Notes: a model not told the origin generated them from the letters alone. DNA of 24,402 bases from a virus (IMGVR_UViG_3300020369_000016:1-24402), one strand, 5' to 3'; shown: positions 1-8,413, numbered from the stretch's first letter. Made by a program: numbers and translations.

Positions 1-479
1 TCGTGCGCAGACCGATTGCTCGATCGGTAGAGCGTGTAGGTCTGGTGCATGATGTTGACGATGTCGCGGATGGTCTTGTTGTGCAGTTTTGGCATTAGCT
101 CCTGCTGCACCCAGGCGGTCACCTCGATATGCTCGATGCTCTCGGCCTGCCGGTCTCCCCATTTGGGGCGTATGTGGTTTCTGACCTTGCTGGCATGGCC
201 CCGGTACCCGGATGCCGACATTTCGTTGCGCTTGATGTCGAGCAGCAGGTCCAGATAGTGGCCGAGTGTGCTGGTCTTTACCTTGGGTGAGTTGGGGAAG
301 TGCCGGGCATAGTCGAAGGTGCCCTGCTGAATCTCGTAGTTGATGGTGCCAGCCAGCCGCTGAGCGTTGGCGATATTGGCGGGTGTTGCGTCTCCGCTCA
401 CCGCTTCCCGGCACAGCTCCCCCTGATACCTGAAATACACGCGCACGCGGTTGCCGCGTACCTCTACACCGTCTGCCAT
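1..479 (-). CDS. int: Tyrosine integrase, N-terminal part (Arm DNA-binding/DUF3596-type and core-binding domain); runs off the left edge
   Basis: Not in the ORF track. Manual translation from ATG at 479: MADGVEVRGNRVRVYFRYQGELCREAVSGDATPANIANAQRLAGTINYEIQQGTFDYARHFPNSPK...; open to base 1; GGGGA RBS upstream. Catalytic domain lies outside the window. Confidence 0.9.
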   Translation of the reverse strand, partial: MADGVEVRGNRVRVYFRYQGELCREAVSGDATPANIANAQRLAGTINYEIQQGTFDYARHFPNSPKVKTSTLGHYLDLLLDIKRNEMSASGYRGHASKVRNHIRPKWGDRQAESIEHIEVTAWVQQELMPKLHNKTIRDIVNIMHQTYTLYRSSNRSAH

Positions 480-525
480 AGCGTCCCCACGCTGTGATGA
501 ATCGTCGCCAGAATAACCGCCTGGC

Positions 526-550
526 AAAAAAACGGCCCCGATCGGGGCCG
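526..550 (-). terminator. Intrinsic terminator between the early operon and int
   Basis: Perfect inverted repeat CGGCCCCG-AT-CGGGGCCG (533-550) followed on the minus strand by T7. Confidence 0.85.
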
Positions 551-571
551 AGAAATACAGAGCCTTGCTTC

Positions 572-790
572 TTACTTGAGCCACTCGTCCCTGCACCGCC
601 ACTGGGCGCGCATCTCGTCCACCAGCAAGATGATGTTGGCCTCCGATCGACGCTTCTCGCGCAGTAGCGTCTTCAACTGCTCGAGGCGATCAGGCGTTTT
701 GTAGCCACGGCGGATCCAGCTTCGGGCCTCGGCCTCGAGCAGCTGTTGCTTCACCGGCTTAGCTGTCGTGCTGGCTTGGTAATCGCTCAT
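572..790 (-). CDS. Hypothetical phage protein (72 aa, helical, basic)
   Basis: GGAG RBS; start overlaps the upstream stop; last gene before the terminator. Confidence 0.75.
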   Translation of the reverse strand: MSDYQASTTAKPVKQQLLEAEARSWIRRGYKTPDRLEQLKTLLREKRRSEANIILLVDEMRAQWRCRDEWLK

Positions 791-1302
791 AGCTCCACCC
801 CGCGCACCTGATCAGCGAGGCTGGCGTCGTACCAGTGATCAAGCGCCGCCATGACCGCCTTGTCTTCTACTTCGCCGGTAAGCCGGTGCAGCTGTGAGAC
901 CAGTTTTTCACCCGCTTTGACTAGCTCACTTACATGCGGCGCTGCGGGCGGTTCGGTGTGTAGACGGCCGTGTTGATCCATCCATGCCACCTGGTTGATC
1001 TCTTCAAAGCCGATGTCATGCGAAGCTGCGGACAGTGACGGCATTGCGAAGTAGGCCACCACACGAACCACGTCCGCATCGGTGAATGTGCGGTATTTGC
1101 CGGTTTTGGTGTTGCGCCCGACCATCTGGCCCGGGTTCGCCCAGTCGGACCCACGTCGACAGCATACCGACAGCTCGACCAGGTACCCACCCAAACGGCA
1201 CTCAACAAGGGTGCCGCGCGGGTAGGCGTTCTCGGTCAGGTCCGACAGGTTCTTTTGCGCCGCCTCCATGACGGCTTTTGCTTTCTCGATTTCCGGGTTC
1301 AT
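787..1302 (-). CDS. Hypothetical phage protein (171 aa)
   Basis: ATGA-type coupling with neighbours at both ends; in operon orientation. Confidence 0.75.
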   Translation of the reverse strand: MNPEIEKAKAVMEAAQKNLSDLTENAYPRGTLVECRLGGYLVELSVCCRRGSDWANPGQMVGRNTKTGKYRTFTDADVVRVVAYFAMPSLSAASHDIGFEEINQVAWMDQHGRLHTEPPAAPHVSELVKAGEKLVSQLHRLTGEVEDKAVMAALDHWYDASLADQVRGVEL

Positions 1303-1805
1303 GCGGCCACCCTCTGCAGAAGCACCGCTGGCACCCGCACTGTCTCGCCCAGTGCAACATCCACAGCGCCGCGGCAGATTGCCTCCTGCGGAGCCGTAGA
1401 CTCACCACCGCCGAGCCTGTTGCATGCCCACCAGTCGCCGTCTTGCATATCGAACACGTCCAGCTGGAAGCGCTCGATCATTGGGCCGGTGTCGCGCCAA
1501 TCGCTGGTTGGCGCGAATGGGGTCTGATAGGTCTCGCAGCCTGGCATGTAGGCTTCACGCACCACCTGATTCTCGCGGTCGAGCCAGTAGGCCCCACGCT
1601 CGATTTCATACCCAGTTAGCTTCACCCCCGCTATGTAGCTTTTCGCCCACTCGGGAACCGGCGTTGATGGTCTGATTCCGCTGCTGTGGAAGTTGGCAAA
1701 CACCAACTGCCACCCCATGGCGAACGCCACTGCCCAGTCCAGTGCGTCGCCGGTCAGCTGTTTGGTCTGGACTTCCACCAGCCCCATGATGTCTGGCTTA
1801 TCCAC
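1299..1805 (-). CDS. NinX/DUF2591-family phage protein
   Basis: Motifs LTGDALDWAVA, FAPTSDWRDTGPMIE and PQEAICRGAV; AGGAGG RBS before a GTG start. Confidence 0.75.
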   Translation of the reverse strand: MDKPDIMGLVEVQTKQLTGDALDWAVAFAMGWQLVFANFHSSGIRPSTPVPEWAKSYIAGVKLTGYEIERGAYWLDRENQVVREAYMPGCETYQTPFAPTSDWRDTGPMIERFQLDVFDMQDGDWWACNRLGGGESTAPQEAICRGAVDVALGETVRVPAVLLQRVAA

Positions 1806-2253
1806 GGGCCACCTCCTTCAAATCGAACTCATCGAAGCCCGGCAGTTCCACGCTTGCGCCGACAATGCGGATCCCGCACCAGCCGAAAGGGGAGTCGGTT
1901 TCCCCGCCCCAGCCTTCCTGGGCGCGGAACATCTCAGACCAGATCCGGACAGCCTCTGCGCAGCTTTCACGGAAGCTGGCACCACCAAAGCCGTCGGCCA
2001 GGATCATGCCGCAGGCTCTCGCGCCCGCCAGCCGGATCACCGCTTTAACTTCGTCGCCGTTCTCGTCCCGGATACGGTCTTCGGGTCCGCCCCAGAATTC
2101 ATTGATCTCTTTGGCGCGCGCCGGCGTCAGGATGCTGTGGTCTACCTCCAGCCAGACTTCGTGCTCGCCGAATGTCTCGCTGACCTTGTATCGCTTGATG
2201 TTGCTGTCAGTGGTAGCCTGTTCGGTACCGCTGTTGGGTTGAGTTGCTTGCAT
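1798..2253 (-). CDS. DUF2528-like phage protein
   Basis: IKRYKV...LEVDHSILT...EINEFW...VKAVIRLAG pattern; AGGAGAG RBS. Confidence 0.7.
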   Translation of the reverse strand: MQATQPNSGTEQATTDSNIKRYKVSETFGEHEVWLEVDHSILTPARAKEINEFWGGPEDRIRDENGDEVKAVIRLAGARACGMILADGFGGASFRESCAEAVRIWSEMFRAQEGWGGETDSPFGWCGIRIVGASVELPGFDEFDLKEVARG

Positions 2254-2303
2254 GGTGCTCTCCTGCGTGTGGTTGGCCCCGATGAGTTGCCGCTCACCGG
2301 GGC
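2248..2303 (-). repeat. Leader cassette copy 1: stem-loop (loop CGGCAA) plus AGGAGAGCACCATGCAA RBS/start
   Basis: Hairpin at 2276-2303; the 17-mer at 2248-2264 is identical to 2928-2944. Confidence 0.8.
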
Positions 2304-2322
2304 TTTTTGTTGCCCGCCTGAT

Positions 2323-2535
2323 TCAGCGGATGCGGATCTTCCTGCCGTCCGCGATCACGTAGAGGTTCACGTCGGTGAGGCGGTACCGGCCACCAACGCC
2401 ACCCAGCACGTTGTAGCCTTGCGGGTCGTCCACAAAGGTGACCTTAAACGGGTGCCCGTAACCGCGGTCTATGCACATTTGTGCCTGGTGCGCGTACTTG
2501 CTGCTCTTTTTGATCGCTGCGTAGATCTGATGCAT
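2323..2535 (-). CDS. Hypothetical phage protein (70 aa)
   Basis: AAGGGGA RBS; in operon orientation; fills the gap between neighbours. Confidence 0.75.
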   Translation of the reverse strand: MHQIYAAIKKSSKYAHQAQMCIDRGYGHPFKVTFVDDPQGYNVLGGVGGRYRLTDVNLYVIADGRKIRIR

Positions 2536-2552
2536 TTCGTTTCCCCTTTATG

Positions 2553-2933
2553 TCAGCCCAAGCGGCGGGCCAGCTCTGCCCAAATACGCGGGCCGTTATC
2601 GATCAGTTCATGCACTTCGCGCTCGGGTGCCCAGTCCATCATCAGCACGGCCAGGCAGTCGCTGTGGATGTCGTGATCGAGGGCGCGCAGGTCGGTGAGG
2701 TCGAAGGGGTATTCGGGGCCGTTGTACAGGCCCAGCAGGAAGCGGCCGACGATACGGCCTTGGCCGGTGTCGCGCTGGGCGATCGCCACCAGGCGGCTGA
2801 GTGCCGGCAGGCCGGATGTCTGCACCGCGGCGCGGTGCTTCTCCATGACCTGCATTTGCTCGTACAGGTGGTGCGCAGCCTGCATGGCAGTCGCTTTGCG
2901 CGCCTGGTCGATGTTGATAACTGTTGTTTGCAT
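2553..2933 (-). CDS. Conserved hypothetical phage/MGE protein (126 aa)
   Basis: Motif ALxRLxxIAQRDTGQGRIVGRFLLGLYNGxxYPFDLTDLRALD, which I recognise from mobile elements; strong RBS. Confidence 0.8.
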   Translation of the reverse strand: MQTTVINIDQARKATAMQAAHHLYEQMQVMEKHRAAVQTSGLPALSRLVAIAQRDTGQGRIVGRFLLGLYNGPEYPFDLTDLRALDHDIHSDCLAVLMMDWAPEREVHELIDNGPRIWAELARRLG

Positions 2934-2974
2934 GGTGCTCTCCTTGCTTGGCCCCGGTGTTGCCGCACCGGGGC
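2928..2974 (-). repeat. Leader cassette copy 2: perfect 9-bp stem-loop (loop CGGCAA) plus RBS/start 17-mer
   Basis: GCCCCGGTG-TTGCCG-CACCGGGGC at 2951-2974 on the plus strand. Confidence 0.8.
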
Positions 2975-2980
2975 GTTGCG

Positions 2981-3097
2981 TTACTTGTGAGCCAGAGCGC
3001 TGAGCGCGTCCGGGAATTGATAGGCCAGGATGATCAGCAGGGCGATCAACGCCGCGCTGCCAGCCAGGCTGGCGATGTTCTGGGCGTGATGACTCAT
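2981..3097 (-). CDS. Small single-TM protein (38 aa, MSHHAQNIASLAGSAALIALLIILAYQFPDALSALAHK)
   Basis: Start trimmed to ATG 3097, which overlaps the upstream TGA (ATGA); one hydrophobic helix. Confidence 0.65.
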   Translation of the reverse strand: MSHHAQNIASLAGSAALIALLIILAYQFPDALSALAHK

Positions 3098-3459
3098 GGC
3101 CTTGCCCCCATGGCGACGCACATAAGTGCCATTACCAGGTCGTTGTGGCGGCTCGGCGGGGGAATGCGTACCACCCACTCTGGCGGGTAAAACCGCTCCT
3201 CAAGTTCAGCGGCGTTGTACCAGGCGGTATTGCCGGCATCGGTCTTGGCCTGGTAGTGCGTTTGGCTCGGTGTACCGTCGGCGTAGTCGACGCTTCTAAT
3301 GGCCATGATCTTGGCGTTACCGGTGCGGCGGCCGTCGCGGGTGGGCAGCACGGCCCCCAGCACGTATTTGCCGTTGGCCGGGCCTGATGCCCAGTGGGGC
3401 TTGTTCAGGTCTGCGATAGTGAAGTCTTTCATCTGGCCGAGGAACGGTTTGTCTTGCAT
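3094..3459 (-). CDS. Hypothetical phage protein (121 aa)
   Basis: AAGGAGA RBS directly after the primase stop; coupled to the next ORF. Confidence 0.75.
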   Translation of the reverse strand: MQDKPFLGQMKDFTIADLNKPHWASGPANGKYVLGAVLPTRDGRRTGNAKIMAIRSVDYADGTPSQTHYQAKTDAGNTAWYNAAELEERFYPPEWVVRIPPPSRHNDLVMALMCVAMGARP

Positions 3460-3471
3460 GGTGTTCTCCTT

Positions 3472-6294
3472 TCAGTTGGTATCGGCGTTGCCGCGCCGAT
3501 TGGGGTTCTCAAACACCCAGCACCGGACGGTGGCGGGCTTGAGGTTGCTGTCGAATGCGTTGTTGCGGAGCTGGTTCTGCCGCTCGCGGATCCGACTGTT
3601 GACGGCGCGCTGGCCCAGGTACTTGCGGCTGCTGCTGTCGGGCAGCCAGGTGCGCAGGTCGCTCGCGCTGGGCAGCTCCTGGCGGTGTTCGGCCGCCAGG
3701 CGCACAAACTCGTTGATGTTGATGGCGATCAGGCCGGGGTCGCGGCTGTGGTTGACCACGCCGTCTTCGCGCTCGGCCTCGAGGTATTCGTACACCTCCC
3801 AGAATTGGGCGACGCCCGGGTGGTCGGCGTTGATGGCCAGCTGGCGATCGATGGCCATGCTGATCAGCTCGGCGCGGCAGTCGTTTACCTGTTGCTGGGT
3901 GATTGAGCAGACCATTGCCAGGCAATCGATCAGGGCCATCATCTGGGCATGGTTTTTGATGATCCGTTCGACGCGGATCTCCTGGACGCCGCGCAGGGTG
4001 GTTTCATGCACGCGGAATTCCTTGGTGAAGCACTCCATGAGCGCCTGTTCGTTGATCATCACCTTGACCATGAAGTGACTGAGCTGCTCGACCTGCATCT
4101 GTTCCAGCTCTGCGGCTGCCTTCCGGCTTTCTGGCGTGGCCTCTGGACGGCGCAGCAGCACTTTCACCAGGCGGGTGAGGATCGCTTCGTGTGCGCTTAC
4201 CTCGGCGTTCTGGCTGATCACCACGCTGCCCCGGAAGGGTGGTTCGTAGGTTTCGTTGCCGGCGGTTTTCACCCCGGTCACGCCGAGGCTGCCGCCGTTG
4301 TACAGAGGTTTGAGCTCGTCCCAGTCGTAGGCCTTTTTGGGGCGGCCGCTGCTGCCGGCAGCCGGGTCATTGCGGTCGGCCTCGAGCAGCACCACGGGCT
4401 GGTTTGACATCTGCCCCATCCAGCGACGCAGGCCAGACTTTGAGCCCTTTGAGGGGTCTTTGCCTTCGTCGTCTGCTCGGCCGAACATCTTCCAGATCAG
4501 GTTGATCAGCGTGGATTTACCCGCGCCAGGCTCGCCGGTGAACTCAAGGAACGGGTAGCTCTTGTGCACGCCGCGGATCTGCTCGGCCAGCGTCGAGCCC
4601 AGCCAGAACGCCAGCACGATCAGCCCTTTTGCGCCAAAGCACTGCCAGACCCGCGGCAGCCAGGCCTCGGTGTAGTGGGAGGGGCGCGTCTCAATGTGCA
4701 GCTGGATGGAACGCTGCAGCGTCTTGAGGCGGGTTTTGCCCATGTCGAAGTAGTCTTCGTCGTTGGCGTGGTAAACCTGCCCGCCCTTGACCGCAACGTC
4801 GGCAAATACATAGGCCTGGTGCTCTTTGCTGTAGCCCATGTAGTCGATGGTCTCGACCACCTTGAGGCCGTACAGCTGCTTGCGCATGAGGTGATCGAGC
4901 TGGCCACCGCTGCCGGTGTACATGGCGCCGGTGGCGACGTGCAGCAGCCGCTTCTTGAACTCGGATGCGGCGGCCAGCTGGCCGCTGGTGAAGGTGGCTT
5001 TGACGGTGCCGCCGTCGTGCGGGAAGTCGATCCGCAGGTAGTACCAGGCCTCATCGGTGATCAGGTTGCGCTGGTAATACAGGGCCTGAAATGAGCAGTT
5101 GGCCAACTCCACAACGCCGCCGGCCAGGCGCAGGGCGCGGTCGCGCCGCTGCTTCTCGGTGAGCTGGCGGTCTTCTGGGCGCTCGCTGTCTTCCAGGGCT
5201 TGGCGGGCGCTGTTGTACTTGTTCAGATCGATCTTGAACCAATACAGGCAGTACTCGTACACGAACGGGAACTCCTGCCGCTCCCGCCAGCTGTACTCAA
5301 TCATGCCGTAGTCCATCGCGCTTTCAGCCAGCAGCAGGTCGCCGTAGTGGCGGGCTTCACGCAGGTCTTTGTCGATGCGCTCCTTACGCTTGGCCTCGTC
5401 ATCGATGGTGGCCCAGCGCAGCTGGTGCAGATCGTTCCAATCCACCTTGCGGCCGCGCTGCGGGATCTGCGCCGCGCTGCTGCGGTAGCCCAGCTCTTCT
5501 GCCCGGGGGGCGTACTTGCGGATGCCAGCGCGGGCTGACGGTTCGTTGTCCAGTGCCCACACCAGCTTGGGCAGCTTGGGTGCTTTGCCGTCTTTACCGT
5601 CTTGCGCCAGGCGCTGGTTGGCCAGGTCCTGCAGAAAGGCCTCGGGGTAGGGCGCACTGCTCATCATGGATACGGCGGCAATGCCGTGGTGCAGCAGGGC
5701 GATCGCATCGAATACGCCCTCAACAATCCACAGCTCTTTGACCTCGAGCAGATCCACGCAGGGCGGTACCCAGCATTTGCCGCGGTAACTCCAGCCCGGC
5801 TTGAACCGCGCCTTCTTGCTGCCGAAGCGGCTTGGCCGATCGATCAGGCGTTCCCAGTAACCGCCATCGGGCATGGCGAACCGCACGGTGGCGCTGCCGA
5901 TGTTGAGGTGTTGGTCCCAGTAGTTTTCCTGGGTGTACCAGCCGCGAATCTGCTTGAGGTCGAAGCCGCGGTTAAAGCTCAGGTAGGCATCTGCGCTGGC
6001 TGCCGGGTTTTCCGGGGTGGCCGGGTGGTTGCGGCTGACATCCTCGAAGAGGTCGCTGAATACGTCCTTGATGTGGATCTGATGACGGCACTTGCCGCGG
6101 CCGCACATGAGCACCCAGGGCGCCTTGTGATGCGCATATAGCGACGGCTCTTTGCTCTTGCCACCGTGGCATTCCGGGCACACACCCTTGCGCAGCCAGC
6201 CGGTATTGCCCGCCGGTACCAGTTTGTATTGTTTCTCAAGGCGCTCCAGCACTGTCTGATACAGCGCTGGTGGCATTTCTCTTACTGCACTCAC
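3472..6294 (-). CDS. Replication protein: Zn-finger + TOPRIM primase + P-loop helicase
   Basis: CPEC...CGRGKC zinc finger; WIVEGVFDAIAL, ALDNE and DWND TOPRIM motifs; Walker A GEPGAGKST. Start set at GTG 6294 (GTGA overlap); ATG 6276 is an alternative. Confidence 0.9.
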   Translation of the reverse strand: MSAVREMPPALYQTVLERLEKQYKLVPAGNTGWLRKGVCPECHGGKSKEPSLYAHHKAPWVLMCGRGKCRHQIHIKDVFSDLFEDVSRNHPATPENPAASADAYLSFNRGFDLKQIRGWYTQENYWDQHLNIGSATVRFAMPDGGYWERLIDRPSRFGSKKARFKPGWSYRGKCWVPPCVDLLEVKELWIVEGVFDAIALLHHGIAAVSMMSSAPYPEAFLQDLANQRLAQDGKDGKAPKLPKLVWALDNEPSARAGIRKYAPRAEELGYRSSAAQIPQRGRKVDWNDLHQLRWATIDDEAKRKERIDKDLREARHYGDLLLAESAMDYGMIEYSWRERQEFPFVYEYCLYWFKIDLNKYNSARQALEDSERPEDRQLTEKQRRDRALRLAGGVVELANCSFQALYYQRNLITDEAWYYLRIDFPHDGGTVKATFTSGQLAAASEFKKRLLHVATGAMYTGSGGQLDHLMRKQLYGLKVVETIDYMGYSKEHQAYVFADVAVKGGQVYHANDEDYFDMGKTRLKTLQRSIQLHIETRPSHYTEAWLPRVWQCFGAKGLIVLAFWLGSTLAEQIRGVHKSYPFLEFTGEPGAGKSTLINLIWKMFGRADDEGKDPSKGSKSGLRRWMGQMSNQPVVLLEADRNDPAAGSSGRPKKAYDWDELKPLYNGGSLGVTGVKTAGNETYEPPFRGSVVISQNAEVSAHEAILTRLVKVLLRRPEATPESRKAAAELEQMQVEQLSHFMVKVMINEQALMECFTKEFRVHETTLRGVQEIRVERIIKNHAQMMALIDCLAMVCSITQQQVNDCRAELISMAIDRQLAINADHPGVAQFWEVYEYLEAEREDGVVNHSRDPGLIAININEFVRLAAEHRQELPSASDLRTWLPDSSSRKYLGQRAVNSRIRERQNQLRNNAFDSNLKPATVRCWVFENPNRRGNADTN

Positions 6295-6608
6295 TGTACG
6301 GCCCCCACTTTCAGGCGGCAGCACAGCTGGCTCAGCTCAGTCATCGCACCGGACATGCTATTGGTGGTGCAGGTGGATACCCCCAGCAGGTAGCCCTCCA
6401 CCCGGGAGGCATGCCATTTCAGCATTGAGGGGTTGCGCTCGGCAGCGGCGGTAACCATGCCCAGCAACCAGCGCTGCAGCATGGGGTATGTGGTGGCTGC
6501 GTGGTGCAGTGCCGGCAGGCTGCTCAGGTGCTCGCGCAGGGTGGTGCCACAGCAGGGTAGCCGGGGCGGTTGGTGGTGCTGGTGCGTCAGGTTTTGCATG
6601 TGGTTCAC
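6291..6608 (-). CDS. Hypothetical phage protein (~102-105 aa)
   Basis: Stop coupled to the primase start; start uncertain (GTG 6608 or ATG 6599). Confidence 0.6.
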   Translation of the reverse strand: MNHMQNLTHQHHQPPRLPCCGTTLREHLSSLPALHHAATTYPMLQRWLLGMVTAAAERNPSMLKWHASRVEGYLLGVSTCTTNSMSGAMTELSQLCCRLKVGAVQ

Positions 6609-6671
6609 CGTGCTCTGGGTGCAGCTCCCCCCTACCCACGCAAGGCGGGCAAGGGCTGGGGTGTTTGGGGG

Positions 6672-7028
6672 TCAGTTGACGGCGGTTAGCCGCTTTCGCC
6701 TGGGGGAGGCAATCAGGTGTTGTGCAATCAGCGCCGCCGGCACCGCGTGGGTAAGCCCGGTGCGGGTATCTACCAGGGCCACGGTGTGGGGGCTGGTGGC
6801 ATCCAGGTCGACCCGATAGGGCGCGTCGGCGTTCTGCAACTCACCGTAGGCGCGCAGCACCAGCTTCTCTGCCAGCGGACGGGCAACGCCCAAGGCGCAT
6901 TCGAGGTGATCGGCAGCGCGGTTGATCAGCGCCTGGCTTGCGCCAAGGTGCTCGGCCTGGTGGCGTTGCATGTAGCCCAGTGCCGCGGCTTGCATATCGT
7001 CCTGATAATCCTGCGTGGTGGCGTTCAT
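6672..7028 (-). CDS. Hypothetical phage protein (118 aa, MNATTQDYQDDMQ...)
   Basis: Start trimmed to ATG 7028 with AGGAGG RBS and ATGA overlap with ogr. Confidence 0.8.
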   Translation of the reverse strand: MNATTQDYQDDMQAAALGYMQRHQAEHLGASQALINRAADHLECALGVARPLAEKLVLRAYGELQNADAPYRVDLDATSPHTVALVDTRTGLTHAVPAALIAQHLIASPRRKRLTAVN

Positions 7029-7345
7029 GCGGTTGCCTCCTGGTCGAGCTCTTCGAGAAAGGTGAGTTGGTCTTTGTTGGCGCTGGGCGCCAGATCCCGC
7101 ATGGCCTGCAGCCGCTCTTTTGCTGGTGACAGCGGCAGCGACACCTGCGGGTTGGGCAGGCCAGACGGCGACAGGGTGTAATCCCAGGTCAGCGAGCCAA
7201 CGTAACTGGCACCGCACACCATGTTGTTGCACCGGGCATACATGGTCTGGAACGTCGGGGTTTGCTTCTCGCTCTTGCGGATGAACATCGGCTCACCGCA
7301 GGCGGGGCAAAGGCAGCGGTAGCCGCCGTGGTTGGGGGCGGTCAT
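7025..7345 (-). CDS. ogr: Ogr/Delta-like zinc-finger late transcription activator
   Basis: CPACG...YARCNNMVCGASY...TLSPS C4 signature. Confidence 0.9.
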   Translation of the reverse strand: MTAPNHGGYRCLCPACGEPMFIRKSEKQTPTFQTMYARCNNMVCGASYVGSLTWDYTLSPSGLPNPQVSLPLSPAKERLQAMRDLAPSANKDQLTFLEELDQEATA

Positions 7346-7902
7346 TTGGCCTCCGGAAAGAGTTCTCCGGTGGAACCCTGGCCGCTGCGTCCGATCTGGT
7401 CCAGCGTGGGGGCGGGGATCGCCAGCAAATGACAGTGCTGCACCAACTGGGCATGCAGCGTGCGGCGCACAGCAGGGATGGTTTCTTTCTTGAGCAGGGC
7501 CAGCAGGCGTGGCACTTGCTTATGGATGGCCAGCTGCTGATTAACGCTCAGGTAACTCGCCCCCCGGCTTTCCCGCGCTTCACGTTCCATGGTGATGAAG
7601 TAGCGGCGCACCTGACGGCCTTGATCGTTGTTCTCGACCATGGCGAGTTCTTTGGCCATATCGATTGTGAGGTGGTATTCGATGCGTTGTTTGCCCGGCA
7701 AACCATCGGACCTATTCGCCAAAACGGGCGAATAGTCCTCTCCCTCGTTGAAGCCATATTGATCGATGCGCGACTTGATCCAGTTGCTGAAATCACGGCC
7801 TACGTTCAGAAAATCATGCAGGTCACGAGCATCACATAGGTGCTGCTGACGGCCATCAAGCTCACCATTGAAAACAGGGATCAGGGCGGTATTTGTATTC
7901 AC
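7342..7902 (-). CDS. AntA/AntB-family antirepressor (186 aa)
   Basis: CDARDLHDFLNVGRDFSNWIKSRIDQYGF...EYHLTIDMAKELAMVENNDQGRQVRRYFI; GTG start at 7902 with AAGGAG RBS. Confidence 0.9.
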   Translation of the reverse strand: MNTNTALIPVFNGELDGRQQHLCDARDLHDFLNVGRDFSNWIKSRIDQYGFNEGEDYSPVLANRSDGLPGKQRIEYHLTIDMAKELAMVENNDQGRQVRRYFITMEREARESRGASYLSVNQQLAIHKQVPRLLALLKKETIPAVRRTLHAQLVQHCHLLAIPAPTLDQIGRSGQGSTGELFPEAK

Positions 7903-7906
7903 GGTG

Positions 7907-8377
7907 TTACTCCTTGTTGCGGCTGTGCAGGGTGATGGTTGCCAGCACTTGGCCGTGGCGCTCTGCCATGTGCTTTGTGTGCAGTGCAAGAATTTCGCGC
8001 TTCTCGCGGTTGTTGATCTCGCCATCGGACAGTGCCTTGGCGATGTACTGGTCAACCTGGCCGCGCTTGCTCGAAGTGCGCAGGCTGCGTTGATGCAGCT
8101 CGATGTTGTCCAGCAACTCTGCGGCGGGCATGGGGACGAAAAAACCGGCGTATTGCTGGCAGATGTAGTCCGCCAGAAAGGTGGTTTTGGTTACTGCCTC
8201 AAGCTGGATGATCTGGCTGTCGTCCAGCGGCCGGTGGCCATTGTTCTCGTAGGCGTGGTTGTCGAACTGCTTGAGTGTCAGCCCCAGCAGGCCTGCGGCG
8301 CCCTCTCGGCCGCCGGGGTAGGCGCGTATAACGGCGCTGATCACCTGGCGGCGGGTTTCAAGAATTTCACGGGTCAT
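7907..8377 (-). CDS. YmfL/CII-like phage regulatory protein
   Basis: AYPGGREGAAGLLG...FDNHAYENNG N-terminal HTH and DGEIN..E C-terminal motif; cII position in the early operon. Confidence 0.8.
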   Translation of the reverse strand: MTREILETRRQVISAVIRAYPGGREGAAGLLGLTLKQFDNHAYENNGHRPLDDSQIIQLEAVTKTTFLADYICQQYAGFFVPMPAAELLDNIELHQRSLRTSSKRGQVDQYIAKALSDGEINNREKREILALHTKHMAERHGQVLATITLHSRNKE

Positions 8378-8413
8378 CTTCTCGTTTCCCTGGATGGCGG
8401 CTGGCGGTAGGGT

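Noticed and set aside
1-570. att site or tRNA target
   Set aside because: int runs off the window edge; any attachment site lies outside the window and no tRNA is visible.
1693-2676. 327-aa plus-strand ORF and other long antisense ORFs (3299..4078, 15369..16490, 15992..17032, 17335..18264, 19023..20087)
   Set aside because: Shadow frames opposite well-supported genes in GC-rich DNA; no recognisable motifs.
2248-3470. Repeats read as a CRISPR array or integron attC sites
   Set aside because: Spacing is gene-sized and irregular, the repeats are RBS/start blocks, and there are no cas genes or clear attC R-box structure.
6615-6665. Possible structured RNA in the intergenic region upstream of 6291..6608
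   Set aside because: Only short imperfect GC pairing; cannot be supported without covariation data.
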